Origin: Patescibacteria group bacterium
GTDB lineage: Bacteria; Patescibacteriota; Minisyncoccia; Phycocordibacterales; PALSA-1337
Direction of reading: 5' to 3'
Length of the DNA stretch: 64,000 nucleotides
Assembly (NCBI GenBank): GCA_018971685.1
Contig: JAGXAG010000006.1
Span: forward strand, 62 to 64,061
Below are positions 8,922 to 18,789 of the stretch, piece by piece (position 1 is the stretch's first letter; the number at the start of each line of letters is the position of its first letter). A program made the position numbers and the translations under genes. The notes under the pieces were generated by a model. The model saw nothing but the letters and a program-made list of their open reading frames with translations, had not been told where the DNA came from and did not search any database.

Positions 8922-10532
8922 ATGGATTTAGTAAACCTATCGCTTCTTATAGTTTTTGCTATCATATTTGCTTTGGCGTGCTTCCTAGTCGCGAACAGAA
9001 AAATCTCTTCGGCGATATCATATTTCTCGCTCGTTTCATACAGCGCCAGTGTATGGGTGTTGTCAATGTATCTGTTCAGGAACGGCGAGTTTGTTCCGCT
9101 TATAGTCTCCACCAAAGCTTTGTATGTAGCGGGCATACTCATCACGCATTATTTCCTGTATTTTACGGATTGTTTTTTGGTGAATAAGAAAATAAACCGA
9201 ATATGGCCCCAATTGAGAAATGTGGTGACGGCAATTATCGTCGTCCTGGTTATATTTACGAATCTGATTATTAATGGCGTTTCTACTTTTCCGGCTAACT
9301 CGGTGTCTTTCGGCTATCTCTATCCTGTATATGCTTTCTTTGTATCATTTTATTTCTTTCTGAGTTTCGTGAATCTGTTCCACAATCACGCTTTCTTCTC
9401 CAGGAACAAAGGGGCTGATAATTCCATAAAGGTCAGACAACTTGAATACATAATCATAGCGACAATAATACCGTCATCCATAGGAGTGCTCTTTGATATA
9501 TTCTTGCCATACTACGGCTTCTTCGAACTTTATTGGTTCGGGCCGGCGGTGGTTATAATCTTCGTCGTCTTTAATGTGTATGCGATATTCAAACACAAAC
9601 TTCTTGACATAAAGTTGATTACCGCCGAGCTTTTTACAATATTGATATGGATAACAACACTTGTACACACAATGCTGTCAGAGAATACGCAAGATCAATT
9701 AATAAACGGTTTTGTATTTATCCTCGTGACGATTTTCGGAATCTTACTATTAAGGGGAATGTTCAAAGAGATTGCCCAGCGCGAGCGCATCGAGAAACTG
9801 GCGGGGGAGTTGGAGGTGGCGAATATGGGGCAGCAGGAGTTTCTGCATTTCTTATCGCACGAGGTCAAGGGATACTTCACGGTTGTCTCCGCGCTCTACG
9901 ATGCCATCCTTACGGACCCGGATTACGGGCCGGTGTCGGAAGAATTGCGAAAACTGGTATCGACCGGATTGGCCAGGAATAAGAAAGCCGTCGGCGACAT
10001 CGAGGACATACTCGTTTCCGCGGATCTGCAGAATGGCAAGGTGTCATACGAATTGAAGCCGACAGACGCCAAAGCCGCCCTGCTCGAATTGGTAAAGGAG
10101 ATGAAGCCCGAAGCCGATGAAAAAGAATTGGTCCTGCAAGTCGCCGCCGACGATGGCCCGGATTATTCCGTCATGGCCGACAAGAAGTACCTGTTCGGCC
10201 ACGCCGTCAGGAACCTGATAGAGAATGCCATCATATACACCGAAAAAGGCGAAATCATGATCACGCTTTCGCGCCACGGCGGCAATGTCACTTTGGCGGT
10301 GGCCGACAGCGGCGTTGGGCTTTCCGACGACGACAAGACCAAACTGTTCACCCGCGGCGGCCGAGGCGCCGAGTCCGGCAAGATAAACGCTCACTCGACC
10401 GGCCACGGCTTGTACATCACGAAAATGATCATCGTCGCGCACCAAGGCAGAGTCTGGGCCGAATCCGCCGGCCGCGGCAAGGGCTCGATCTTCTTCGTCG
10501 AGTTGCCGGCCGTGAATAAGGGCGCGGCGTGA
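8922..10532 (+). CDS. Membrane sensor histidine kinase
   Basis: 6-7 TM N-terminal region, H-box HFLSHEVKGYF, HATPase boxes NLIENAIIYT, DSGVGLSDD, GHGLYI. Confidence 0.8.
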   Translation: MDLVNLSLLIVFAIIFALACFLVANRKISSAISYFSLVSYSASVWVLSMYLFRNGEFVPLIVSTKALYVAGILITHYFLYFTDCFLVNKKINRIWPQLRNVVTAIIVVLVIFTNLIINGVSTFPANSVSFGYLYPVYAFFVSFYFFLSFVNLFHNHAFFSRNKGADNSIKVRQLEYIIIATIIPSSIGVLFDIFLPYYGFFELYWFGPAVVIIFVVFNVYAIFKHKLLDIKLITAELFTILIWITTLVHTMLSENTQDQLINGFVFILVTIFGILLLRGMFKEIAQRERIEKLAGELEVANMGQQEFLHFLSHEVKGYFTVVSALYDAILTDPDYGPVSEELRKLVSTGLARNKKAVGDIEDILVSADLQNGKVSYELKPTDAKAALLELVKEMKPEADEKELVLQVAADDGPDYSVMADKKYLFGHAVRNLIENAIIYTEKGEIMITLSRHGGNVTLAVADSGVGLSDDDKTKLFTRGGRGAESGKINAHSTGHGLYITKMIIVAHQGRVWAESAGRGKGSIFFVELPAVNKGAA

Positions 10533-10659
10533 GGGAATTTGTAATGCGTAGGTTCTGCCAGTCTCCATGCTCTAGCGGAAGCAATGTCGTATTTTCCAAG
10601 TATGTTACCAATTAGCAGTGTTTGCGGTTTGTTACGAAAGACGGTATTATTTTGCAATC

Positions 10660-11424
10660 ATGACTAGCACAACAGAAGCTTCGGTGATGGCCGGAGCGGT
10701 TGCCGGAGCGCGAGACCATGCCGATACCTCGATCTGCAAAATAGCCAAGAGAGAACGGGCGATCAACGCCTTCGCGCGCGTTACCCAATTCCTGGACTGG
10801 CCGATCGCCTTTTTGGTTTTCGGCGCTTTCTTCAGGGTGCGGATCGCCGGCCGCGAAAACTTCAAGGCCGTGAAGAGCCCGTTCCTCATCGTATCCAATC
10901 ACATCGCGTTCTATGACAGCTTTTTATTTCGTCTGGCGCTCGGCTTGTTCACGCCGCATCTGCCGCTCCGGTTCATGGCTGTGGACAAGTTCGAATGGAA
11001 ATTCTTGAATTTTCTGGCGTCGATCGGCGTGATCGAGTTTGTTTATTCGCTATTCGGCGTGTTTATCGTAGTACCCGGCCTCGGCATCGAGCGCAATCTG
11101 GAAAAAGCCAAGGAAATCATCAAAGTCGGCGGCAATGTGGCCATATATCCCGAAGGCAAAATCTTCACTCGAGGCGGCATTGGCCAGTTCAAGAAGGGTG
11201 CCGCGGTCCTGGCCAAGCATACCGGCGTGCCGGTAGTGCCGGTGGCTTTCCGGCTCGGCCCGAAGCATTGGCTGCGCCGGGAATTATCGATCAATATAGG
11301 TGCGCCGGTGCGCATGTCGCCGCGGGACTCGGACGAATCCGCGGCGGGGTCGCTCAGGGACGCGGTGACGAAGCTGTACGAGTCGGCTATTCACAGTCCG
11401 TCTGCCCGCGCTGTGGTACAATAG
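10660..11424 (+). CDS. 1-acyl-sn-glycerol-3-phosphate acyltransferase family (PlsC-like)
   Basis: HX4D motif VSNHIAFYDSF and YPEGK (FPEGTR-like). The track start 10618 is an upstream extension; ATG 10660 is more likely. Confidence 0.7.
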   Translation: MTSTTEASVMAGAVAGARDHADTSICKIAKRERAINAFARVTQFLDWPIAFLVFGAFFRVRIAGRENFKAVKSPFLIVSNHIAFYDSFLFRLALGLFTPHLPLRFMAVDKFEWKFLNFLASIGVIEFVYSLFGVFIVVPGLGIERNLEKAKEIIKVGGNVAIYPEGKIFTRGGIGQFKKGAAVLAKHTGVPVVPVAFRLGPKHWLRRELSINIGAPVRMSPRDSDESAAGSLRDAVTKLYESAIHSPSARAVVQ

Positions 11425-11428
11425 ATCC

Positions 11429-11809
11429 ATGAAAAAGATCATGTTTGTGGATGACGACAAGTTTTTGATGGACATGTATTCCACGAAATTTTCCAAAGCC
11501 GGATACGAAGTCAAAGCGGCCGATTCCACCGAAACGGCGCTCAAGATATTGCGAGACAGCTATGTTCCAGACATAATGCTCGTCGATGTCGTCATGCCCG
11601 GCATGGACGGGCTTGACCTGGTCGCGGCGGTACGGCGCGAGAAGCTGGCGCCGGGCGCGATCATCATCATGCTTTCCAACCAGGGCGCTTCCGAAGATAT
11701 CGAACGGGCCAAGAAGTTGGGCGTAGAAAGTTATATAGTAAAGGCGACAACCATACCGTCGGATGTGCTGAAGGAAGTGGAGGAAATCTTGGCAAATAAA
11801 AAACCGTAA
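11429..11809 (+). CDS. Single-domain CheY-like response regulator (receiver only)
   Basis: VDDD...D(LVDVVMPGMDG)...K receiver signature. 126 aa with no output domain. Confidence 0.85.
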   Translation: MKKIMFVDDDKFLMDMYSTKFSKAGYEVKAADSTETALKILRDSYVPDIMLVDVVMPGMDGLDLVAAVRREKLAPGAIIIMLSNQGASEDIERAKKLGVESYIVKATTIPSDVLKEVEEILANKKP

Positions 11810-11838
11810 TCATTATTTATTATCTGATCTCCGTTTTC

Positions 11839-12918
11839 ATGGGGATGACAAACACAACAATGGACTACAAAAAAGAACTAGACGATCTGGTGAACCTGAT
11901 AATAAAGGAGGGCGCTTCCGACCTGCATTTGTCGCCCGGCCGGCCGCCGATCATCCGTTCTGCCGGCAACTTGATACCGCTTGTCCGCAAAGCCGTCCTT
12001 TCCGAAGCGGACATGAAGGGGTTCCTGGGCGTGCTGTTGACGGCGCCCAACAAGGAACTCCTTGAAAAAGACAAGAATGTCGATTTTTCCTACAACTTGA
12101 CGCACGCGCGCTTCCGCGGCAACGCCTATTTCCGCCAGGGCGCGGCGGCTGTGGCGCTCCGCCTCATACCCAAAGCCATTCGCACACTTTCCGAACTCAA
12201 TCTGCCGCCGATATTGGAATCGTTTACCCGCAAGCCCCAAGGATTTTTCCTCGTTGTCGGCCCTATCGGCCAGGGCAAGACCACCACGCTTTCGACCTTG
12301 ATCGAAATCATCAACCAAACCAGGAATGAGCATATCCTCACCATCGAAGATCCGATCGAATACCAATTCGATTCCAAAAAGTCCATTATAGACCAGAGAG
12401 AAGTGCGTTTGGACACGCCGGACTTCAGGGACGCTCTGACCGCGATGTTCCGCGAAGATGTCGATGTCTGCATGGTCGGCGAAATGCGCGACACAGACAC
12501 CATGGCCACCGCCGTAACCGCCGCCGAGACCGGCCACCTCATATTCTCAACCCTGCATACCAATAACGCCGCCCAGACCGTCAACCGCATCATCGATTCC
12601 TTCGCGTCGTCACAGCAAGACCAGATACGCATCCAGCTGGCCGGCTCGCTTACGGGCATATTCTCGCAAAGGCTCATACCCAGGATCTCCGGCGGCCTTA
12701 TTCCGGCCTATGAGCTTCTGATCAACAACAGCGCCGTGTCCAATCTGATCCGCGAAAAGCGCGTCCACGAAATACAGACAGTCGTCGAAACCAGTTCGCA
12801 GGAAGGCATGGTGGACATGAACAGGTCGCTGGCCGAGCTTGTGCGCGCCGGAGAGATCACCGTGGAAAGCGCGTACCTGAATTCACTTAGCCCGAAAGCG
12901 TTGGAGAGGATGATTTAA
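11839..12918 (+). CDS. pilT: Type IV pilus retraction ATPase PilT (PilT/PilU family)
   Basis: Walker A GPIGQGKTTT, Asp box, His box, and PilT-like length (359 aa). Confidence 0.8.
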   Translation: MGMTNTTMDYKKELDDLVNLIIKEGASDLHLSPGRPPIIRSAGNLIPLVRKAVLSEADMKGFLGVLLTAPNKELLEKDKNVDFSYNLTHARFRGNAYFRQGAAAVALRLIPKAIRTLSELNLPPILESFTRKPQGFFLVVGPIGQGKTTTLSTLIEIINQTRNEHILTIEDPIEYQFDSKKSIIDQREVRLDTPDFRDALTAMFREDVDVCMVGEMRDTDTMATAVTAAETGHLIFSTLHTNNAAQTVNRIIDSFASSQQDQIRIQLAGSLTGIFSQRLIPRISGGLIPAYELLINNSAVSNLIREKRVHEIQTVVETSSQEGMVDMNRSLAELVRAGEITVESAYLNSLSPKALERMI

Positions 12919-12922
12919 AGCC

Positions 12923-14134
12923 ATGTTATTCGATTATTCAGCCGTAGACCAATCAGGAGCCAAGAAGTATGGCTCGATCGACGCCGTCAATGTCGACATA
13001 GCCATCTCGTCGTTGCAGAGAAGAGGCATGGTTGTGACAGAAATAAAAGAAGCCGGGGCGTCATCGTCGTTTTTGTCAAAAAATGTCGCCATTTTCGACC
13101 GTGTTTCGACCAAGGATATTGTCATATTGTCGCGCCAACTCTCGACTCTATTCGAAGCGCAAGTGTCGGCTCTGCGCATATTCCGCCTGCTGGCGGCCGA
13201 AACGGAAAACGCCGTTCTGGCGCGCAAACTGACGGAAGTTGCCGACGATATCCAAAGCGGCAGTCCTATTTCGGGCGCGCTCGCCAAGCACAAGAAGATC
13301 TTTTCCGACTTTTATGTGAGCATGGTAAAGGCCGGCGAAGAATCGGGCAAACTGAATGAAACCTTCTTATATCTGGCTGATTACCTGGACCGCAGTTACG
13401 ACCTGTCTTCCAGGGTAAAAGGCGCGCTTATATATCCGGCTTTCGTGATCGTCACTTTCGTTACGGTCATGATCCTCATGTTTACCATGGTTATACCGAA
13501 GATCAGCTCGATCCTGACGGATTCCGGCGCGGACATACCGATATACACCAAGGTGATCATGGGTATCAGCAACTTTCTGGTCAGTTACGGTTTTGTCCTG
13601 CTGGCCTTGCTCGTAGTCGGCGGTTTCTTCCTGGTGAGATTTATCCGCACGCCGGCCGGCCGTTTTGCCTATGACCGCTTCAAACTGAGCGTGCCTTATG
13701 TGAGCGGCTTGTTCCGCAAGCTGTACTTGGCGCGTATGGCGGATAATATGGCGACGATGCTTGCTTCCGGCATTACGATGGTCCGGGCTCTGGAATTGAC
13801 CTCGAATGTTATCAGCAACAGCGTCTATAAAACCATTCTCTCCGACGCTGTGGAATCGGTCAAAGGCGGCAAGACGCTCTCCGACTCTCTGTCCGTCGAT
13901 CCGCAAGCCATTCCGGGCATCATGACGCAGATGATGAAAGTGGGCGAAGAGTCCGGCGAATTGGGCAATATCTTGAAGACGGTGGCGAAGTTTTATAGCA
14001 GGGAAGTGACGACGGCGGTTGACTCGCTGGTTTCGCTCATCGAACCGGCGCTTATTGTATTTTTGGGCGGCGGCGTGGCGATCTTGCTGGCTTCCGTGCT
14101 GATCCCGATATATAACATCGCGAGCGCGCAGTAG
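12923..14134 (+). CDS. pilC: Type IV pilus inner-membrane platform protein PilC (GspF family)
   Basis: Two T2SSF repeats, three TM segments, about 400 aa. Confidence 0.8.
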   Translation: MLFDYSAVDQSGAKKYGSIDAVNVDIAISSLQRRGMVVTEIKEAGASSSFLSKNVAIFDRVSTKDIVILSRQLSTLFEAQVSALRIFRLLAAETENAVLARKLTEVADDIQSGSPISGALAKHKKIFSDFYVSMVKAGEESGKLNETFLYLADYLDRSYDLSSRVKGALIYPAFVIVTFVTVMILMFTMVIPKISSILTDSGADIPIYTKVIMGISNFLVSYGFVLLALLVVGGFFLVRFIRTPAGRFAYDRFKLSVPYVSGLFRKLYLARMADNMATMLASGITMVRALELTSNVISNSVYKTILSDAVESVKGGKTLSDSLSVDPQAIPGIMTQMMKVGEESGELGNILKTVAKFYSREVTTAVDSLVSLIEPALIVFLGGGVAILLASVLIPIYNIASAQ

Positions 14135-14149
14135 TGCAAGTTTTGCCGG

Positions 14150-14182
14150 ATCCGCATACAAAAACCGTCTCCAGGCGGTTTT
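14150..14182 (+). terminator. Rho-independent terminator after pilC
   Basis: AAAAACCG-tctccagg-CGGTTTTTTG. Confidence 0.5.
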
Positions 14183-14232
14183 TTGTGTGCTTCCAGTTAT
14201 CCCCATAGTTATTTGCGCCACTTTTCGCCGTT

Positions 14233-14241
14233 TTTGCTATA
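14233..14241 (+). promoter_or_regulatory. Extended -10 promoter TGCTATAAT upstream of the pilin gene
   Basis: TTTTTGCTATAAT, 76 nt upstream of ATG 14317. Confidence 0.45.
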
Positions 14242-14316
14242 ATTAAGCACGAACAACCTTGGTTAAAGGTCTGTATCAATTATTAGCAAGTTTATTAATA
14301 ACATCATATTTACAAT

Positions 14317-14799
14317 ATGAAAAAACTACAAAGTTACGCGCGCGGCTTCACCTTGATCGAATTGCTCGTCGTCATCGCCATCATTGGTATCTTGGCGTCC
14401 GTCGTGTTGGTGAGCTTGGGGAGTGCGAGACAGAAGGGTGCGGATGCTAAAATTCAGGAAGAATTGGGTCAAGCTAGATCGGCTGCAGAGATATTTAGTT
14501 CAAATAACGGTAATTCTTATGGTACCGCGCCTACATCCGGAATCTGTACTACTGGAAGTATGTTTACGGATGGTGTTTCAGGTATGCGCCAAGCGTTGTC
14601 TGCTATATCTACAGCTACAGACTGTGGTTCAAACGGTACAGCCTATTCGATAGCTGCTGCCTTAAATACGAGCGGTCAATATTGGTGTATAGACTCAACG
14701 GGTGTATCTAGAAATACCACTGCAGCTGGTTCGTTATATGCAGGCTTAACAGGGGCTTCTGGCGCTCATGCTGCAGCAGGTGCGACAGTATGCAATTAG
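14317..14799 (+). CDS. pilA: Type IV pilin (major pilin candidate) with a prepilin class III signal
   Basis: N-terminus ...ARGFTLIELLVVIAIIGILASVV (G|FTLIE cleavage/methylation motif). Has its own promoter and terminator. Confidence 0.8.
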   Translation: MKKLQSYARGFTLIELLVVIAIIGILASVVLVSLGSARQKGADAKIQEELGQARSAAEIFSSNNGNSYGTAPTSGICTTGSMFTDGVSGMRQALSAISTATDCGSNGTAYSIAAALNTSGQYWCIDSTGVSRNTTAAGSLYAGLTGASGAHAAAGATVCN

Positions 14800-14824
14800 T
14801 TTGATTTAGTCTGGTTTTACTTTA

Positions 14825-14855
14825 GCCACCCGCTTGAAGCGGGTGGTTTTTATTC
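14825..14855 (+). terminator. Rho-independent terminator after the pilin gene
   Basis: GCCACCCGC-ttgaa-GCGGGTGGT followed by TTTTTATT. Confidence 0.6.
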
Positions 14856-16088
14856 TTGCGTCAAGAAGCCGTAATTGATAATATTATACAAATGAAATTA
14901 AGAAAGATTTCCACGGCTAGATATTTACCTATTGAATTCTATGTTTTATTGTTGCCTTCAATTGTTATATTTATAACACTCCTCATCATCAATGCTCCAT
15001 TTGTATCTATAATAGAACATTTTTTCATGGCGCAATCGATTAACGCCATAATATACGGTGATAAGATTCTCTTATCTGTTTTTTTTGTCATGGCGGTGTA
15101 TATTACCATGAAGGTCGTGGTGAGTGCATGGCGAGCTATGTATATATTGGCAAAAAATGGTAGCAGGAGTTGGGCTAAAGAAAGCGTGATAAAAGGTACA
15201 ATATCTGTAAGCAGAAGCGCAGTTTTTGTTTTTCTTACATACAGTCTGACCAGTGTTGTTTTAGTAGCTTTACTACTTCAAATTTTTGGTGCAGTAAGTT
15301 TTGTCAATGTCGTCAAATCAACTATTACTCTAACTAATATCGATAGTTTAATATTTGGTGGTTATTTACCGTCCGTTATACACTCTCTAAGCCGTATACC
15401 ATATCTCGAACAAGCAATAGTTCGATCATATTTGTCTTTAGTTATAATAACGCCGGTAATTTTGGCGTTATTATTCTTGTTCAACAGAAGACTGTTCCGT
15501 AAATTTACGATTAGTTTTTTTTTGGTCTTCTTGATAGCTTTGCCGTTTTGGCAGCTAATTCCGGCTGTGTCCCCCAGCGCCATGTATAGATTCAATCTTT
15601 TCCAGGTACCTATACCCCCGAACATTGAGTCGAGCATGGTCAAATATCCTATAAGTCCGTATTTGAAAAATAATATAATCTCCATTGAGGATGACTTCAT
15701 AAATCCGTCTTATAGATCTATCGCCGTAAGCACTTTTCCTAGTATGCATGCTGCTTGGGCTATGATTGTTGCATATTATGGTACGATTTTGTTCTGGCCT
15801 TTGGGTGTATTGTTAGTGCCATGGGCGATTTTCAATTCATTTGGGGCAATATATGTGGAGCAGCATTACGGTGTTGATGTGATATTTGGCGTACTTGTAG
15901 CAGTAACCGCTATAATTTCTGTCAGTTATTTATTAAAAGTAGAAGAAAAATACTTCAATGATAAGTATAATTTATTTGCCGTTATAGATATGGCAAATAC
16001 TGATATGCGGAACTTGTTGAGAAAAGCAAACAATTTACATGCAAGATTGCATATGTGGATAAGGCAATCTGTAAATAATTCCAAATAA
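14856..16088 (+). CDS. Polytopic membrane protein with a C-terminal PAP2-like phosphatase motif set
   Basis: About ten TM helices, PSMH (PSGH-like) and EQHYGVDV (SRx5Hx3D-like). Embedded in the pilus locus. Confidence 0.55.
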   Translation: MRQEAVIDNIIQMKLRKISTARYLPIEFYVLLLPSIVIFITLLIINAPFVSIIEHFFMAQSINAIIYGDKILLSVFFVMAVYITMKVVVSAWRAMYILAKNGSRSWAKESVIKGTISVSRSAVFVFLTYSLTSVVLVALLLQIFGAVSFVNVVKSTITLTNIDSLIFGGYLPSVIHSLSRIPYLEQAIVRSYLSLVIITPVILALLFLFNRRLFRKFTISFFLVFLIALPFWQLIPAVSPSAMYRFNLFQVPIPPNIESSMVKYPISPYLKNNIISIEDDFINPSYRSIAVSTFPSMHAAWAMIVAYYGTILFWPLGVLLVPWAIFNSFGAIYVEQHYGVDVIFGVLVAVTAIISVSYLLKVEEKYFNDKYNLFAVIDMANTDMRNLLRKANNLHARLHMWIRQSVNNSK

Positions 16089-16095
16089 GGTTATA

Positions 16096-16707
16096 ATGGT
16101 TAAGATGAACAGCATAAAATTCAAGGCAAATGATCGCGGCTTCACTCTCATCGAACTCCTGGTGGTTATCGCCATCATAGGCATACTGGCTTCTGTAGTC
16201 CTCATAAGCCTAAGCACCGCCCGATCAAAGGCCATGGATGTCCGGATAAAATCAAACTTGTCGCAAATGAGAAACCAGCTGGAACAAGATTACGCGAACG
16301 GGGCTTATGTGGATCTTTCGGCCGGGCAGAACAACACGGCCAATATAAATCCGACTATGCCAGGTGGCGCCAACCTGCTTGTGCTCGTCAACGATACCGG
16401 CAATCTGAACGGCCACGCGCAATTGACCAACTTGGCTTCCGGCGGCAATGTAGACTTGTTTGCCACCACCAGCGGTTCTACCGTCGGCCCCAATGCCGGC
16501 GATCCGTCATATTTGGATTCCGGCCTGGTTATATTTACATCCGCCGCCTCCGGCAATTCCGTTCAAGATTATGCCGTTTATGCCACCACTACGGCCGGCT
16601 ATGATTGCGTCGATTCTGCCGGGAATAATGTGACGGATGGTACCGCCGTAACTATGCCGATAACTTCCGTCCCTCTGGACACCAACAATAAAGTTGTTTG
16701 CAAGTGA
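16096..16707 (+). CDS. Pilin-like protein with a prepilin N-terminal methylation domain
   Basis: DRGFTLIELLVVIAIIGILASVV. Confidence 0.75.
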   Translation: MVKMNSIKFKANDRGFTLIELLVVIAIIGILASVVLISLSTARSKAMDVRIKSNLSQMRNQLEQDYANGAYVDLSAGQNNTANINPTMPGGANLLVLVNDTGNLNGHAQLTNLASGGNVDLFATTSGSTVGPNAGDPSYLDSGLVIFTSAASGNSVQDYAVYATTTAGYDCVDSAGNNVTDGTAVTMPITSVPLDTNNKVVCK

Positions 16708-16810
16708 TTTTCGGGGCTTCGAGCCGCGATACCGTGCCGGTTTTGCCGATCCTGCGCGGTTAGTTATGCCTGTGGACAATCCCCATCGACACTTGTGATA
16801 CAATAACACC

Positions 16811-17338
16811 ATGAAAAAGCATCAATTCTCCCGGGCGTTTACTCTTATCGAACTTCTGGTTGTCATCGCAATCATAGGCATTTTGACTGCCATAGTTATC
16901 ACCAACCTCGCCACTTCCCGAGCCAAAGCGCGCGATGCCAAAAGGGTTTCCGACTTAGGACAGATCCAGTTAGCCCTGGAATTGTATTTCGACCGGTGCA
17001 AGCAGTATCCGGCCTTTATAGCGGGAACTCCCGGTTCCGGCACGGGATCTGTAACTCTAAACACCAGTTTCAATAATAATTGCCCTTCCGGCGTAAGCCT
17101 GGGAACATATATTTCGCAAATTCCAAAAGATTCTTCCGGTGCCAATTATGACTATTATGTAGATAATATGTCCGGGCCGTCTGATTACATTTTGCACGCC
17201 ACGCTTGAATATCCCAATAGCGCGGTCCAAAACGGCCTGGACTCTTCTAATTTACCATCGTGGGCAAGCGGCATGACCCCTCCACCCACATGCAGTAATG
17301 CAAGCAATTCGACAAATTATTGCCTCGGACCCAAGTGA
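16811..17338 (+). CDS. Pilin-like protein with a prepilin N-terminal methylation domain
   Basis: SRAFTLIELLVVIAIIGILTAIV. Its stop overlaps the pilD start (TGATG). Confidence 0.75.
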   Translation: MKKHQFSRAFTLIELLVVIAIIGILTAIVITNLATSRAKARDAKRVSDLGQIQLALELYFDRCKQYPAFIAGTPGSGTGSVTLNTSFNNNCPSGVSLGTYISQIPKDSSGANYDYYVDNMSGPSDYILHATLEYPNSAVQNGLDSSNLPSWASGMTPPPTCSNASNSTNYCLGPK

Positions 17339-18135
17339 TGGACACGCTTTCATCAATATTTTCATTCCTGTTCGGCGCCATCGTTGGCAGCTTTTTGAAT
17401 GTCGTTTCTTTGCGGTACAAAACTGGCAGGAGCGTAGGCGGCCGGTCAAAGTGTATGGCGTGCGGCAAGGAATTGGCGTGGCTGGAATTGATCCCGATAT
17501 TGAGCTTTTTCATGCAGGGCGGATCTTGCCGGAAATGCAAGAGCAAGATCTCATGGCAATATCCGCTGGTGGAATTCTCGGCCGGCGCTTTATTCGTGCT
17601 TATTTTCTTCAAATTTCCGCCGGTTTCATATGAAGCCGCGCTGGTTACGCTCTTATATGTTTTTGCCGCCTGTTTGCTCGTCGTGATCACTGTCCATGAT
17701 ATCAAGCACAAGATCATTCCGGATCCGTTCGTCTGGTCTTTCGATGTGCTGGCGCTCGTAAGCTTGTTCGTCGGCGGCAACTCGTGGTGGCATATTCCAA
17801 GTTACGAGAATTTGATCGCCGGCCCTTTATTGGCCGTGCCGTTCGCTTTGATCTGGCTTGTATCCCGCGGCAGATGGATGGGCTTGGGCGACGCCAAGCT
17901 GGTCCTGGGCATCGGCTGGTTTTTGGGGGTAAATCTCGGCGTGAACGCGCTGATTTTATCTTTCTGGATCGGCGCGGCGGTATCGGTCGGCTGGCTGTTC
18001 GCGACTTACAAGAAGTTCAAGCGCAACCAGGAAATACCTTTCGGCCCGTATTTGATCCTGGGCATGTATTTGGTCTTGATCTTCGGCATTCAGGTGATCG
18101 ATATGGGCATGGTCCGGCAGGTAATGGGCGTTTGA
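17338..18135 (+). CDS. pilD: Prepilin peptidase PilD (A24 family)
   Basis: Tetra-Cys zinc motif CMACGKEL...CRKCKSKI, eight TM segments, conserved Asp-containing motifs. Confidence 0.8.
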   Translation: MDTLSSIFSFLFGAIVGSFLNVVSLRYKTGRSVGGRSKCMACGKELAWLELIPILSFFMQGGSCRKCKSKISWQYPLVEFSAGALFVLIFFKFPPVSYEAALVTLLYVFAACLLVVITVHDIKHKIIPDPFVWSFDVLALVSLFVGGNSWWHIPSYENLIAGPLLAVPFALIWLVSRGRWMGLGDAKLVLGIGWFLGVNLGVNALILSFWIGAAVSVGWLFATYKKFKRNQEIPFGPYLILGMYLVLIFGIQVIDMGMVRQVMGV

Positions 18136-18166
18136 ATATGGATAGGCCTGCAGTATAATAATTACT

Positions 18167-18781
18167 ATGTCACACCGAAATTCTCCCAAAGGATTCACCC
18201 TCGTCGAACTTTTGGTGACGGTCTCGATCTTCGTCTTCATGACAGCTCTTATGCTGGCCAAATACGGCAATTTCAACCAGAGCGTGCTCCTCACTAACCT
18301 TGCCTATGATGTGGCGTTGACCATCCGCACCGCGCAGACTTACGGCATCAGCGTACGCGGCACAGATGTGAACGGTACACAGAATTTTTCCACGGCTTAC
18401 GGAGTAGATTTTAACGACGCCGCTACCCCCGCCTGCGACAGCTATTCGACCAAGTACGCATTTGCCATGTTCGCGGATTCTACGCTGAACGGCTGGTGTG
18501 ACACGGGAGAAGCCATGTCTGACCATATATACCATATAACACGCGGCGATTTTATATCGGCTCTTTGCACCGGTTCTGATGAAAACAATTGTTCTACGGT
18601 GGTCAATGAGTTAGGCATATCATTTTTGCGTCCCAATCCCGAAGCTAAGATTTGCTCTGGTGCCGGTTCCGGCCCTGTCGATTGCACCGCCACATATGCG
18701 AGAATTACCATAAGCGCTCCGGACAATAGCACGCGTACCGTGTCAGTGAGGAGCAACGGACAGATATCAGTGGGCAATTAA
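18167..18781 (+). CDS. Minor pilin/pseudopilin with a prepilin-type N-terminus
   Basis: KGFTLVELLVTVSIFVFMTAL. Confidence 0.7.
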   Translation: MSHRNSPKGFTLVELLVTVSIFVFMTALMLAKYGNFNQSVLLTNLAYDVALTIRTAQTYGISVRGTDVNGTQNFSTAYGVDFNDAATPACDSYSTKYAFAMFADSTLNGWCDTGEAMSDHIYHITRGDFISALCTGSDENNCSTVVNELGISFLRPNPEAKICSGAGSGPVDCTATYARITISAPDNSTRTVSVRSNGQISVGN

Positions 18782-18789
18782 AACACGCC

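Noticed and set aside
13367-14221. 284-aa minus-strand ORF
   Set aside because: Antisense to pilC and low-complexity (R/H/Q/D-rich).
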